DNA from: a virus
IMG/VR virus record: IMGVR_UViG_3300024255_000006
Span: 1 to 64,000 of that record
Direction: 5' to 3' (one strand)
DNA length: 64,000 nt
In this document: piece by piece, positions 24,734-36,100 of the stretch
How the letters are laid out: every line of letters begins with the position of its first letter
Numbering within the stretch: the first letter of the stretch is position 1
Made by a program: the position numbers and the translations under genes
Notes under the pieces: model-generated
The model's input: the letters and a program-made list of their open reading frames with translations, nothing else
The model's database searches: none
Told to the model about the DNA's origin: nothing

Positions 24734-25020
24734 GTAGTCCTGATGGATGACTCTAAAAGCCATGTAGGTGACGCCATCGACATTTCGGACAGGAGTTCGA
24801 TTCTCCTCGCTTCCACTCATGGGGGCGCACTGGTTTCGACGGGGTACACGGAGCGTGACTGAAACCTGCTTGGATAAGCAACCAATAGATGCAAAAACAT
24901 CTGATGTCGCTGCGAACAACATCGTAGCATTCTCCCGCAGCACCGTTGCTGCCTGAATGGGAGATCGGGGTTAGACTAGCCTTGTTACCCAAATAGTCCT
25001 CTGGGGGTGTAACGCCCCCT
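24734..25020 (+). ncRNA. ssrA: Circularly permuted two-piece tmRNA
   Basis: T-arm AGGAG-TTCGATT-CTCCT and acceptor 3' strand CGCTTCCA (24808-24815) precede the 5' end GGGGGCG..TGGTTTCGAC (24821); tag ANNIVAFSRSTVAA* at 24912-24956. Outer ends approximate. Confidence 0.9.
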
Positions 25021-25025
25021 CCTAC

Positions 25026-25097
25026 GCCCCTGTAGCTCAGTGGTAGAGCAGGGCTTTTGTAAAGCTCAGGTCGTCTGTTCAAATCAGATCGGGGGCT
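25026..25097 (+). tRNA. tRNA-Thr(UGU)
   Basis: Cloverleaf, anticodon loop TT-TGT-AA; CCA not encoded. Confidence 0.92.
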
Positions 25098-25100
25098 TGT

Positions 25101-25173
25101 GGGGAATTAGCTCAGATGGTAGAGCGCCTGCTTTGCAAGCAGGATGTCAGGAGTTCGAGTCTCCTATTCTCCA
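25101..25173 (+). tRNA. tRNA-Ala(UGC)
   Basis: Cloverleaf, G3-U70 pair, anticodon TGC. Confidence 0.95.
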
Positions 25174-25178
25174 CTCGA

Positions 25179-25251
25179 TCCTCTATAGCTCAGTTGGTAG
25201 AGCACGGAACTGTTAATTCTGTTGTCCCTGGTTCGAGTCCAGGTGGAGGAG
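25179..25251 (+). tRNA. tRNA-Asn(GUU)
   Basis: Cloverleaf, anticodon loop CT-GTT-AA. Confidence 0.93.
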
Positions 25252-25253
25252 TT

Positions 25254-25691
25254 ATGCAACTAATCAGAAATCACGTAAAATATAGAGTCACCTGGGATGA
25301 TGTGATTGAAAAGATTGAGTTGGATTCGACTGCGAATTCTTCAGAACCAATTGTTATGTTGATTCGTAATCCAGATAATGCTATGCTACCATCATATCAA
25401 TTAAAACATGGGGAAGCATCTAGTTTTCCTGGTGGTTTTAAGGATGTGATGGAAGAATTAAATCCGAAAAGCATGGATGTTTATATCTCACTCTCAAAGA
25501 TTTCTGAGTTATTTCCTATGCATACGGACAAATTTGATGTTACAATATCTCAAATGCTAGGAGATATCTCTTATGCATTCGCTGATGGGTCTCTACATAC
25601 ATTATGTCCAGGAGATTCTATTATGATTCCGAAAGGTGTACCACATAAAGCAATCTTACATGGACCTAGAATTACACTAAGTTGTACTTAA
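25254..25691 (+). CDS. Cupin / JmjC-like protein
   Basis: HTD..LCPGDSIMIPKGVPH..RITLS; ATG 25254 (the track extension runs through tRNAs). Confidence 0.75.
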   Translation: MQLIRNHVKYRVTWDDVIEKIELDSTANSSEPIVMLIRNPDNAMLPSYQLKHGEASSFPGGFKDVMEELNPKSMDVYISLSKISELFPMHTDKFDVTISQMLGDISYAFADGSLHTLCPGDSIMIPKGVPHKAILHGPRITLSCT

Positions 25692-25697
25692 TTTATT

Positions 25698-25901
25698 ATG
25701 AATTACAAACCTTATAGTCAAGAGTGGCATCGTAAAAGATACCTGAAAGAAGCACTAGATAAATACCTTGATGACTACGTTCTTAATAACGAGATTATTG
25801 ATGATATCTTAGATATTCTCCATGATCGTTCGGAATCCGCTCATGCTGAATTTGTAAGAGTAACCGAACTTGAGCATTGGATTAATAAAGCAAAGGATTG
25901 A
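25698..25901 (+). CDS. Hypothetical protein
   Basis: MNYKPYSQEWHRKRYLKEA, 67 aa. Confidence 0.7.
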   Translation: MNYKPYSQEWHRKRYLKEALDKYLDDYVLNNEIIDDILDILHDRSESAHAEFVRVTELEHWINKAKD

Positions 25902-25904
25902 CAT

Positions 25905-26219
25905 ATGCTATCTACTCAATACAGACTACGACTGGAATTTATCTGTAAGAAGATCGCTAACAAAGAGGAAGTCAAATTAGATGACATGATTTGGGCAGAG
26001 AAACTTGCAAAAGCACATACCACTGCTAGAGATTGGTTAAAGCAAGCAAGAAGACAAGCTGCTCAAGATATTGAGGAAGGTAGTACCGACGATTTTCTGA
26101 ATAGGATGGGTTTAGGTGATCCCGATCCATCCAACCATAAGAAGGGATTCACTGATGCTGATGATATCAAAAATTGGTTTCAGCAAGACAAACCTGATGA
26201 CTGGAGACAACGTGACTGA
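25905..26219 (+). CDS. Conserved hypothetical protein
   Basis: MLSTQYRLRLEFIC..DDMIWAEKLAK..GLGDPDP. Confidence 0.8.
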   Translation: MLSTQYRLRLEFICKKIANKEEVKLDDMIWAEKLAKAHTTARDWLKQARRQAAQDIEEGSTDDFLNRMGLGDPDPSNHKKGFTDADDIKNWFQQDKPDDWRQRD

Positions 26220-26343
26220 TTATGTTTGTGTCGCAACATGGGATCCTATCTTTGAGATGATGCGGTATCATTGGGTACATAAGTCAGAAAAAGATCCTGT
26301 ACAATTTGTGAAAAACCTCAACCCAGAGCAAGAAGTGCTATGA
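26212..26343 (+). CDS. Small hypothetical protein
   Basis: GTG start with GGAG SD; WDP..RYHWVHKSEKDP. Confidence 0.6.
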   Translation: MTDYVCVATWDPIFEMMRYHWVHKSEKDPVQFVKNLNPEQEVL

Positions 26344-26546
26344 CAATTAAGATCACTCCTCAAACATATATTGATATGAATAAGGAATTTGAAGATGATA
26401 ATATACCTTTTAGAATTGCTATTCCCACACAACAAGTAATTGATGAGTGGGCATCTACAACAACGCCACATTATCAGGCACCACCAGCAGTAGATATGGT
26501 TCAAGAAATGTGGGATGCTATTGGAGGACGCCCTGATGAAAAATGA
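26340..26546 (+). CDS. Hypothetical protein
   Basis: 68-aa coupled ORF. Confidence 0.7.
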   Translation: MTIKITPQTYIDMNKEFEDDNIPFRIAIPTQQVIDEWASTTTPHYQAPPAVDMVQEMWDAIGGRPDEK

Positions 26547-26700
26547 CAATGACGAAAAGTTTGCACTTGAAATACAATTAGATAATATATGCAGAATATT
26601 AGGTGGTGAGGCAAAGTATTATTTCTGTTCTAGTAAAACTACAACTCATAGAAAACTGGTAATCGAATATGACCACAGCAGTAATCTACACGAACGGTAG
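26536..26700 (+). CDS. Hypothetical protein
   Basis: GGAGG SD before ATG 26536. Confidence 0.6.
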   Translation: MKNDNDEKFALEIQLDNICRILGGEAKYYFCSSKTTTHRKLVIEYDHSSNLHER

Positions 26701-26905
26701 TCAAGAGTGTGAGCGTATCGCAGCACTACTTAAGTCAATGGGTGGGGAGTTTCATGAGTATAACCTCAACGAACACTTTACTCAAAGGGCATTTGAAGCA
26801 GAGTTTGGATCTGAGGCTACATACCCTCAGGTAGCTATTGGTGCTAAGCATCTTGGTAGCATGAAAGAAACACTAAAATACATGAATGAAAGAGGAATGT
26901 TTTAA
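26669..26905 (+). CDS. Glutaredoxin-like protein with SxxC site
   Basis: YTNGSQEC, TYPQV..HLG. Confidence 0.75.
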   Translation: MTTAVIYTNGSQECERIAALLKSMGGEFHEYNLNEHFTQRAFEAEFGSEATYPQVAIGAKHLGSMKETLKYMNERGMF

Positions 26906-27051
26906 TGACTAAAAATCAAAAAAAAGTTAAATCTGGTGATACCTGGGAATGGGAAGAGACTGAAGAAACTCGTAAAGCAGTAGAAAAACTGAATCAAACG
27001 ATTCAGTCTAATCTAGAATCAACTGCATCCGACTATGGAGTCGGTAAATAA
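26905..27051 (+). CDS. Hypothetical protein, 48 aa
   Basis: TAATG coupling; MTKNQKKVKSGDTWEWEE. Confidence 0.55.
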   Translation: MTKNQKKVKSGDTWEWEETEETRKAVEKLNQTIQSNLESTASDYGVGK

Positions 27052-27055
27052 CTCT

Positions 27056-27063
27056 GATAAATA
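27056..27063 (+). promoter_or_regulatory. T4-type late promoter
   Basis: GATAAATA upstream of the giant structural gene. Confidence 0.65.
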
Positions 27064-27103
27064 ATCCGAGGACTAACAACACCAGTATTGGTAACACTGA
27101 ATT

Positions 27104-30100
27104 ATGCCGCTAACTAGACTAGATAACCTGATTTCCAGTAAGACAGGTCGTTATCTTTATGTATCTCCTGATGACTTCAATGCTAGTGATGAACTAGACA
27201 ATAGAGGTAACTCTCCAAATCGTCCATTCAAGACAATTCAGAGAGCATTTGTTGAGGTAGCACGTTACTCGTACCTGCCTGGTATCGATAACGATAGATT
27301 CGATGAGTTCACCATCATGCTGATGCCTGGTGATCACTACATCGACAACCGTCCTGGTCCAGCGAATAATTCGACAACACCAGTATTCAGTTTTGACCAG
27401 TCAAACAATGCTTGGACAGATTCTTCTCTCCTAGATCTATCCAATCCTAACAACGTTCTCTATCAGTTTAACGGCACTGAAGGTGGTTGTGTAGTTCCTC
27501 GTGGTTGTTCACTGATTGGTTACGACCTTCGTCGTACAATCATTCGTCCTCTATATGTTCCTGATCCTGCAGATACAGAGCAGGCAAGAACATCGATGTT
27601 CAATGTAACTGGTGGCGCATACATCTGGCAGTTCACAATCAAGGATGGAGATCTCACTACCAAGTCTCCTCTGTATGATTCAAACAATGGTGTTGGTAAG
27701 GTCTACTATCGCAAAGATGATACTGCTAACCTAGCAATTCCTGAGTTCTCTCACCACAAGATCACTGTATTTGAGTATGCTCAAAAGACTGAACTTGAGA
27801 TTTATTATGAGAAGATTGCTAAAGCATTTGCTGAGTATCAACCAACAATTGATGATGCAAATGAGTTTGGTGCAAAGATTCAAGAGACCAGAATTGTTGG
27901 TCCTTTGTCTGACCTTAGAACAATTGATTCGATCAGAGTTACGGATTCCTCACCAGCAGGAACTGTTACTGTTCAGGTAACGACCAAGATCGCTCATGGT
28001 TATATTGTAGGACAGTACGTTGCTATTCAAGAGAATGGTCTAGATGATGCACTGAATGGTACGTTTGACGTTACTGCTCTCGACACCACTAACCGTAGAG
28101 TCTTTGAGTTTGAATTAACAGGAACTGTTGCTGGTCTGGGTCTACAAAATAACCAGACATATACCACAGGCAATGGTCTATCGACTAATGCATATGTTCA
28201 GGCAGAGGTTGACTCTGTTGAGTCTGCATCTCCTTACATGTTTAACCTGTCGATTCGTTCGACTTGGGGTATTTGTGGTCTGTGGGCAAATGGTGCGAAA
28301 GCATCTGGATTTAAGTCCATGGTTTGCGCTCAGTACACGGGTGTTTCGTTGCAGAAAGACGACAGAGCATTCATTCGTTATGATAGATTCACTAACACAT
28401 GGAACCAGGCATCGCTAAGTGATGCTTTCGCAACCACACCTTATCACACTAAAGGTGATGCATATTGGAAGGATGACTGGAGAAACTTCCACATCCGTGC
28501 ATCGAATGACTCATTTGTTCAGTGTGTTTCGATCTTCGCTGTTGGTTTTGCTGATCACTTCCTGATGGAGTCAGGTGGTGACATGTCTATCACCAACTCA
28601 AACTCTAACTTCGGTAACACATCACTTCATGCTATCGGACATAAGGGTTACTCCTTTAATCAGGATAAGGGTGGATACATTTCAGATATTATTCCACCAG
28701 AAAGACTAATCGAATCTTCTGCGAACGAAGAAGAAGTCGATTACTATACTTGGGATGTTCAAGCATCTCGTGGTACAAATACCAAACTATATTTTGCAGG
28801 AACAGGAATCGCTGATCCTAAGAAGCGTCCTGCTGCTACTATTAATGGGTATAGAATTGGTGCAAAATCAAATGATAAGATCTATGTTGAACTAGATCCT
28901 TACGCGACAGGTTCTGGTAGAACTACACCAACTGATTCTGTCTTCAATGCAACTCTGAAACCATCAGGTTTCATTTCATATCCATCTTCAATTCAGATCC
29001 TCAACCCCACTACGGTGGTTGTTGATAACAAGAACCAAGATTCTGCTAACAGAATTGAAGATAACAAAGAACTGATTGCAGGAGAAGCATATGGATACAT
29101 CACTACAAAGTATCCTGCACTTTTAAACAAGAACATTATTATCACTAAGTGTAAGAGAGATATTGGATATCTTCTCGATGCTATCATTAGTGACTTGAGA
29201 CTTGGTGGTAACATCAATAGTGTTCAAGCTGCTGAGTCATACTTTAGTGGTGGAACACTTAACTATATTGATGGTGAGAAGTTTGAAACCATTGAAGGTT
29301 TTGAATATGCTCGTGACCTAGCAATCGCATCAATGCGTAACTGGGACTTCCTACAAACAGGATGTACAGTTACTAATGGTTCTGCATATGTTACTGTTCC
29401 ATCTACTGTCGGTCTATTCATCGGCATGAAGGTTGAGGAATACACTGTAGTCAACTCTAACAACACAACTGTTGATACTAACAGTCTGACTACATCAAAC
29501 ATTCCTGCTAATACTTACATCAGAAACGTTGTTAACTCAACAACTATCGAACTCGGTAGTGTTGTAAATGGTGTGAGAGCATATTTGGCTAATGGTCAAG
29601 CAGTTAATGCGGTTGGAACCAATAGCAATGCGAAAATTTTCTTCAAGTTAGAAGATGATAATGGCGACCGTAAGGGTATTTGGTCAAGCGAAGAAGGTAC
29701 AGTAGATACAACCATCACTCAAGATACTGTTTATCCTGAGTGTGCTACTGCTGCATCTGCAATTCAATCTTTGTTTGGTCAGATTAAGACCATCCTTAAT
29801 AATGGTATTAGTCCTGTTGGTGATCGTTTTGCTGACGCACATGATCTGTTGCTTTCTAACAAGAACTGGATTGCTGATGTAGCAGTCAAGGACATGCAGA
29901 TTCAGTTCCCTACATTCCAAGTTCCTGGTGGTGCTGTTAATTGTTTTGACGATGTTGTAGATGTTGTTGAAGCAATCGCATATAACGTCAAGTATGGTTC
30001 AAACAACCAAGTATATGATGCTGCTAATTTCTATGTTGTAGGTGCTCACGTTTCTGGTGAAGAAGAGCAGTCTGTATATGTCTTCGATATTGCTAAGGCA

Positions 30101-33100
30101 ATGGCGGAGAAAGTAATCCAGAACGTTACTTATACTCCTCGCGCTGGTGTAACCACAACTTACTCTCAGATCAAAGATCTAACTATCACTGTTGATCCTG
30201 CTCCTGTTGGTGGTAACTATTGTGCTGATGTTATCTCTGCACAGAATACTCTATTCGATATCATCGAAGCAGGTATTGATAATGCTGGTACTGTTAACAA
30301 TGCAAACGCTGGTGTATTTGCTGCTCTAACTAAGACTTCTCCACAGCAGACAGTAGTTTCTCGTCAGAATCCATCAACAGATACATCACAGTTTGCTAAC
30401 CGTGCAACACTATTCACTGTTAATGCTGGTGGTACTAATCCTCACAAATTTGAAACTGGAACCCCAATTCGTTTGGTTGCTAGAGAAAAATCAGGAACAA
30501 CTCCCGATGAAAGAGACGTTCGTCTACCAGTTGGATTTGAACCAAACAGAACTTACTTTGTAATTGCTCCTGGTAGAGATACTCAACCATTCAACTACAA
30601 CCAAGCAAGTGTTTACAGTGGTATCTTTGATGGTGGCGATCAGACCAAACTGATGCTCGCTAACACCAAAGAGAATGCTGCAGCAGGTATCTACATTTAC
30701 TCACCTGAAACTGAGGCGATTGATGATGATGTTGAGATCTTAGTTCAACAGTATGTTTTAGATGAAACATATAATCTTCACGAGTATCGTGTTACTTTCG
30801 ATGGTAGCAGCGGTACAGTATTGAAGACGGATGTTGCACATATCTTCGACAAACCAACAACAGGACTGGGTGCAGATTATATCCAGAAGATATTCTTCAG
30901 AGCAGAAGGTTCTGATGGTCAGGTAGGAACTCTACCCACACTATCGGGTATTGGTGGTACACAAATCTCTAATACTCGCGAGTATTTTGTACGCTACAAT
31001 AGCGATGATACCTTTAAGATCTTTGCTACGGCACAGGATGCAATTACTGGTGCGCCAGAAGTAACACTAGTCAACAGTACGACTCAGTTCTGGTATGTCT
31101 TCGCTAACAAGCGTGTATCTCCAATGAGATTCGACCCAACGTTTGTTGATACAAGTGCATCTAGAACACCTGCAATTACTGATGGTCTCTGGTATCTAAA
31201 TCTCAAAGATGAGACCACTAATGATGATAACATTCTAGGAAGATTTAGTGAGACTGACTATGATTCTGCATCTGGTCAGGTTCAGACAACTGACTCCTAC
31301 TATACACGTCTTGAAGATAATCGTGATAAAGATGATAGAATCTATCGTTTGCGTTATGTCCAACCAAAAGACTTTCCTGGTGCTGTAAGAAAACCAAACA
31401 ACGGTTTTGTTATCAAGATTCGTACTGATACGAAGAGAAATCTTCTACCTCAGAGAATCGTACTTGAACCTATTGGTGGTGCTCCTGCATTAGCAGAGTT
31501 CCGCAACCCAGATACAACCAATGCCGCTGAGGTTATTGGTATGTCTGTAAGTCAGTTTGATTCTGCAGTTCAGGCTGGTACTTTAGATAAGGACAATATC
31601 TATGATCCAGATAACAATCCAGTTGTTGTTAACACAGATAACTTCCTACGTTTCAGCGTCCGTTCTGCTAGAACGGTCACTATTAACTCTCAACCACTGC
31701 TAGAAGTTACCGCGTTTGATCATACTGTTGATGATACAAATGCACCACAACTTAAGAACACAGTCTTCCATACTGTAGAGATCAATGCACCTCAAGCAGG
31801 TACATTTACTGTAAGTAAGACAGCATCTACAGTATCAAATAGAGTTGAGTGGACTGGTGGATCCAGTGGTTTTGGTTACATTCATGCTTACTTTAACGTC
31901 GGTGCTAAGCATTACATCATTCTGAAAGATGTTAGTGCTCGTCCAACATATGATCCACTGGTCAACACAAGATTTGATCAAAATGGTGTCTATGCGGATC
32001 AACAGGCAGATGTAAATAGTGGTAGAGATCTAACTTCTAAGTACCTCTATGTTGTACAGGGTGCTAATGTATTCACTCTAACTCCTGGTGATACAGTAGA
32101 TGACTCTGTTGGTAATACGTATAAGGTTCTTTCTGTTGAAGATGAGAATGATATCGATGATACTTTCTACATCTTTGATGCTGAAGAAATTCAAGAGCGT
32201 GTATCTGGTCAGCAAAATGGTATTTACTATCTAACTGCTGTTCGTGGTAACATCACTCCACTACCTCGTGGTGCTGGTGTTGCTAACAACTTCCAGAACT
32301 TTAAGTTCTCTCAGCCTATTTCCTCACTGTATCCTCTAGACTATAAGAACGATCCAACTTGGTATCAGGTTATCGACAATGATGGTACTAAGGACACTCT
32401 AATCAAGGATCCACAGGCATCTAGTTCTTTCGCTAATAACTATACTCACGGTCTAGTTTACGTCAACGACTACAAGCGTTCGATGACGAAAGAAGCAGTT
32501 GTTGATCTAACTGAAAGTGCATACTTTGAAGATTACACCTACACTAGTGCTAACTCAATTGCTGCACAAGATGGTAATGCAACATCTGGTTCTGAGCAAA
32601 GAAAGATTCCTATTGCTGGTGATACTGCATCTGTTCATGATCAGAAGGTTTATGTTGAACTTAGAAGACCATCTATTGCTAGATCTGGTAACCATACATT
32701 TGAATATCTTGGTTTCGGTCCTGGTAACTACTCCACAGGTCTCCCAGCACGTCAGGAAGTCATTCTAACTGAGTTCCAAGACTACTATGCTCAAGCGAAG
32801 CGCCAAGACGGTGGTATCGTCTTCTACACGGGTCTAAACTCTAACGGTGACCTCTATATTGGTAACCGTAAGATTGACGCCATTACAGGCGAAGAGGAGT
32901 TCCTTGAGAGAGCAGTTCTAACAGCATCTGAAGATGATTCTGATCCTATCGAGTCACTGGTTACATCATTTGATACTCCAGTTACATTTAAGGATAAGAT
33001 TACTGTTGAAGGTATTTCTTACCTCAACAACAGAGTCATCATCAATACTCAACCACCTGCAGAATCACCAGCACTGGTCATTCAATCAAACCCAAGAAAT

Positions 33101-36100
33101 GATGGTGGTAACGAGGATAATACTTTAACAAGAGGTAGCTTCGCTAACCGAAGTGACGGCGACATTACTATTGATCGCAATAAAATTTCCGCGGCTATTT
33201 TTGAGACAAAAGGTCGCGGTACAGTTTCCTTCCCTGGACAAACATATAGTCAGAGAACTCACTATTCATACTCTGAGCAGATCCCAACCAACAGAACTCC
33301 TGATCAAAGTTCGACATTCTCATCTGATCAGTTTGTAAGATATTATCAATCTACAGATGTAGATGCGAATCCACAACCAGGAGATATGCTGCTGAAGGGC
33401 AATTCTGTCCAGAATTCAGGTTCTCTCGGATGGGTTTATTCAAACTATTATCAAGAAATTCCTGCTGGTAGTATTCTTGATCTTGTAACTAACGGTTCTT
33501 CGACTGTTAGAATCAACTGGAGTGGTGTTCTAACGAACGCAGACACTAGCATTAAGATGAGTGTTGGTAAGACAATCCGTATTCAAGGATTCTCTCAATC
33601 ATTGATTAACGGTCTATGGACAGTTACAAGAGCAGATCAGACAGGTGCTGATAATGACTTTATTGAATTTATTGTTGCTAATGCGATCACTGGTCAAACT
33701 TACAACTGGGATCCAGCAAGTCAACCAACCGCAGTTCTAGAGCGTTCTGAAGAATCGTGGAAAGAATTTGGTGTTCTCGGTTCTGAAGCACTTAGAACTG
33801 ATACTGATGCTATCGGTGAGTATAAGTTGGGTGTTAACACACTTGCTCGTACTGCACATGCTGCACATGAATTTGGATTCTTAACATATTCTGCTGGTGG
33901 AACAACATATGATCAGCAAGAACCAAGAGCAAACTTAGATGTTGTTGGTAATGCATTTATTAGCGGTAGAACAATCAGCAATGCTCAGTACATGGCTGGT
34001 ACTGGAACCGCGAAGGTTGAGTCAAACGTTCATGAAGCATTCTTGGTTGGTGGTAACTCTGCTTCACCACAATCTACAGCACTGTTTAGAGTTGATACAA
34101 CCAACAATCGTATTGGTATTAACCTATCCAGAAGTGATCTAAGTGATACTCTAACAATCAATGGTACACTTAAACTACTTGGCCCATCATCTAATGTAGA
34201 TATTGATGGTGATCTCAATGTTGATGGTGGAGACATCACAACTAACGTTGCTACATTCAATCTACTGAATGATAATGCACTTACAATCAATGCATTTGGT
34301 GATGCTACTACACTCACCATTGCTGATGATGCAACATCAGATCAAACTATCAATATCGGTACATCTGCTGCAGGACTTGGTACTCTCAATATTCATACCA
34401 GTCTAGACAGATCGGTTATTAACATTGGTACAACACCAAATAATAATCCTACATCAACGTCTGTTATTACAATTGGTGGTGGATTCCAGAATACTGCTAA
34501 TTCCACACTGACTGTTAAGAATGCTCAGACAATTCTTGATGGTGATCTAGATGTTAATGGTGGTGATATTCAGTCCAATTCTTCTACCATTAATCTCTTT
34601 ACGAGATCTGGATTTGGTAACATCGTCAACTTTGCAACGAGAGCGTCACAGTTCACCATTGGTGGTGTTGCTGGATCAACAACAATTAGAAACTCTCTGA
34701 TTGTTAACGGCGACACAGACATGATGGGTGATGTCACCATGAATGGTGGATCAAACAGCGGTACTGTTACTGTTACTAGAGCATCACTGAATACTGCAAA
34801 GATTACTCACACTGCTGGTTCACTTTCAAATCTGAATGTTGACTTCTATGAGTTCATCGCTGATATTGATGGTGCTGAAATTCTTACTAGTGTAAATGGT
34901 AGCAATGGTCAAATCGCTGTTGCAGATAACTATTTCCTCGATGGTAATACAGTTAGATTCAGTGATACTACTGGTCTTTCTAACAATGTAAACACCACTA
35001 CAACATATTTTGTCGTTAATAGTTCTGCTGCTAATGGAACACTTCAAATTGCTGCTACTGAAGGTGGTACTCCTATTGTTTTCTCTGGTACTCCTGGTAC
35101 TTCAACTGGCATCACACTTCAGAACACGTTGGTTGATACTGGATCAGGCACTAACGCTTGGACTGGTAATTCTTCTGATGCTGAGTATACTAGACTTCCT
35201 GTTAATAACGTTGAGGGTATTGAGATCGGTGATATTCTAATCATCGGTAGTGAACTGGTTGAGGTTATCTCTCCTGGTCCAGATTCTAATACTAGAATCG
35301 TTCCTGTTAATAGAGGTGTTGACTGTACAACTATTCCAACCAATACAGCAGACAACACAGTTATCAACAAACTTGCTAAGTCTCCTGGTGCAACATATAC
35401 TGTTGGTAGAGTTCCACAGAACTCATCAACTCCTACAGTATCTAATCTAAATGCAGTTGCAGATACACTTGAAGTTCCCATTGGCGCACTACAAGAAGGT
35501 GATGCAGTCTCCTTCAGTTCAATCGGAAGCATTCAAGGTGCTATCGTACAAGGTCCAACATACTTTGTAGCGAATGTTATTAATGATACTGCTAATAGCG
35601 TCACTAGATTTAACCTAGCAGGTGATCCTGGTGGTGGTGCTTTAGATATCACTGGTGGATCTACAACTGGTGCAGTTCTTAACTTCAGTGATACTCTGAT
35701 TGCTCTTGCTGAGTTTGGTGGTCAGATTAAGGTTGGTGACTACTTGAGAATCAGTCCAAGTACCACTTGCCCATCAGGTGAATTTGTAGAGGTTATCAAT
35801 GTTAACACTACAAACGCTGAGAAGTTTACTGTTAATAACGGTGCAAATCAGGATAGATTCGTAATTGATTCTGTCTTTGGTGGTGTTAATTCAACTATTC
35901 TTGGTGAGCAAGACTTCAGCATTAACCTCACTGCTGTTGCATCAACTAATGCAGATGATAACAAGTTCAGAGTTGTTAATGGAACTGGTCTCAGTCCAGC
36001 AGAGAGATTTACAATTAATTCTGCTGGTACTGTTGACTTTGTTGGTGATGGAACCACGGCAGATCCTAATGCTAGACTCAAGTCTGATGGTATGTTCTGG

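Noticed and set aside
24707-25253. Track ORFs 24707..24943 (-), 24753..25082 (-), 24768..24956 (+) and the 5' extension of 25116
   Set aside because: They overlap the tmRNA and tRNAs; only the tag reading frame is meaningful
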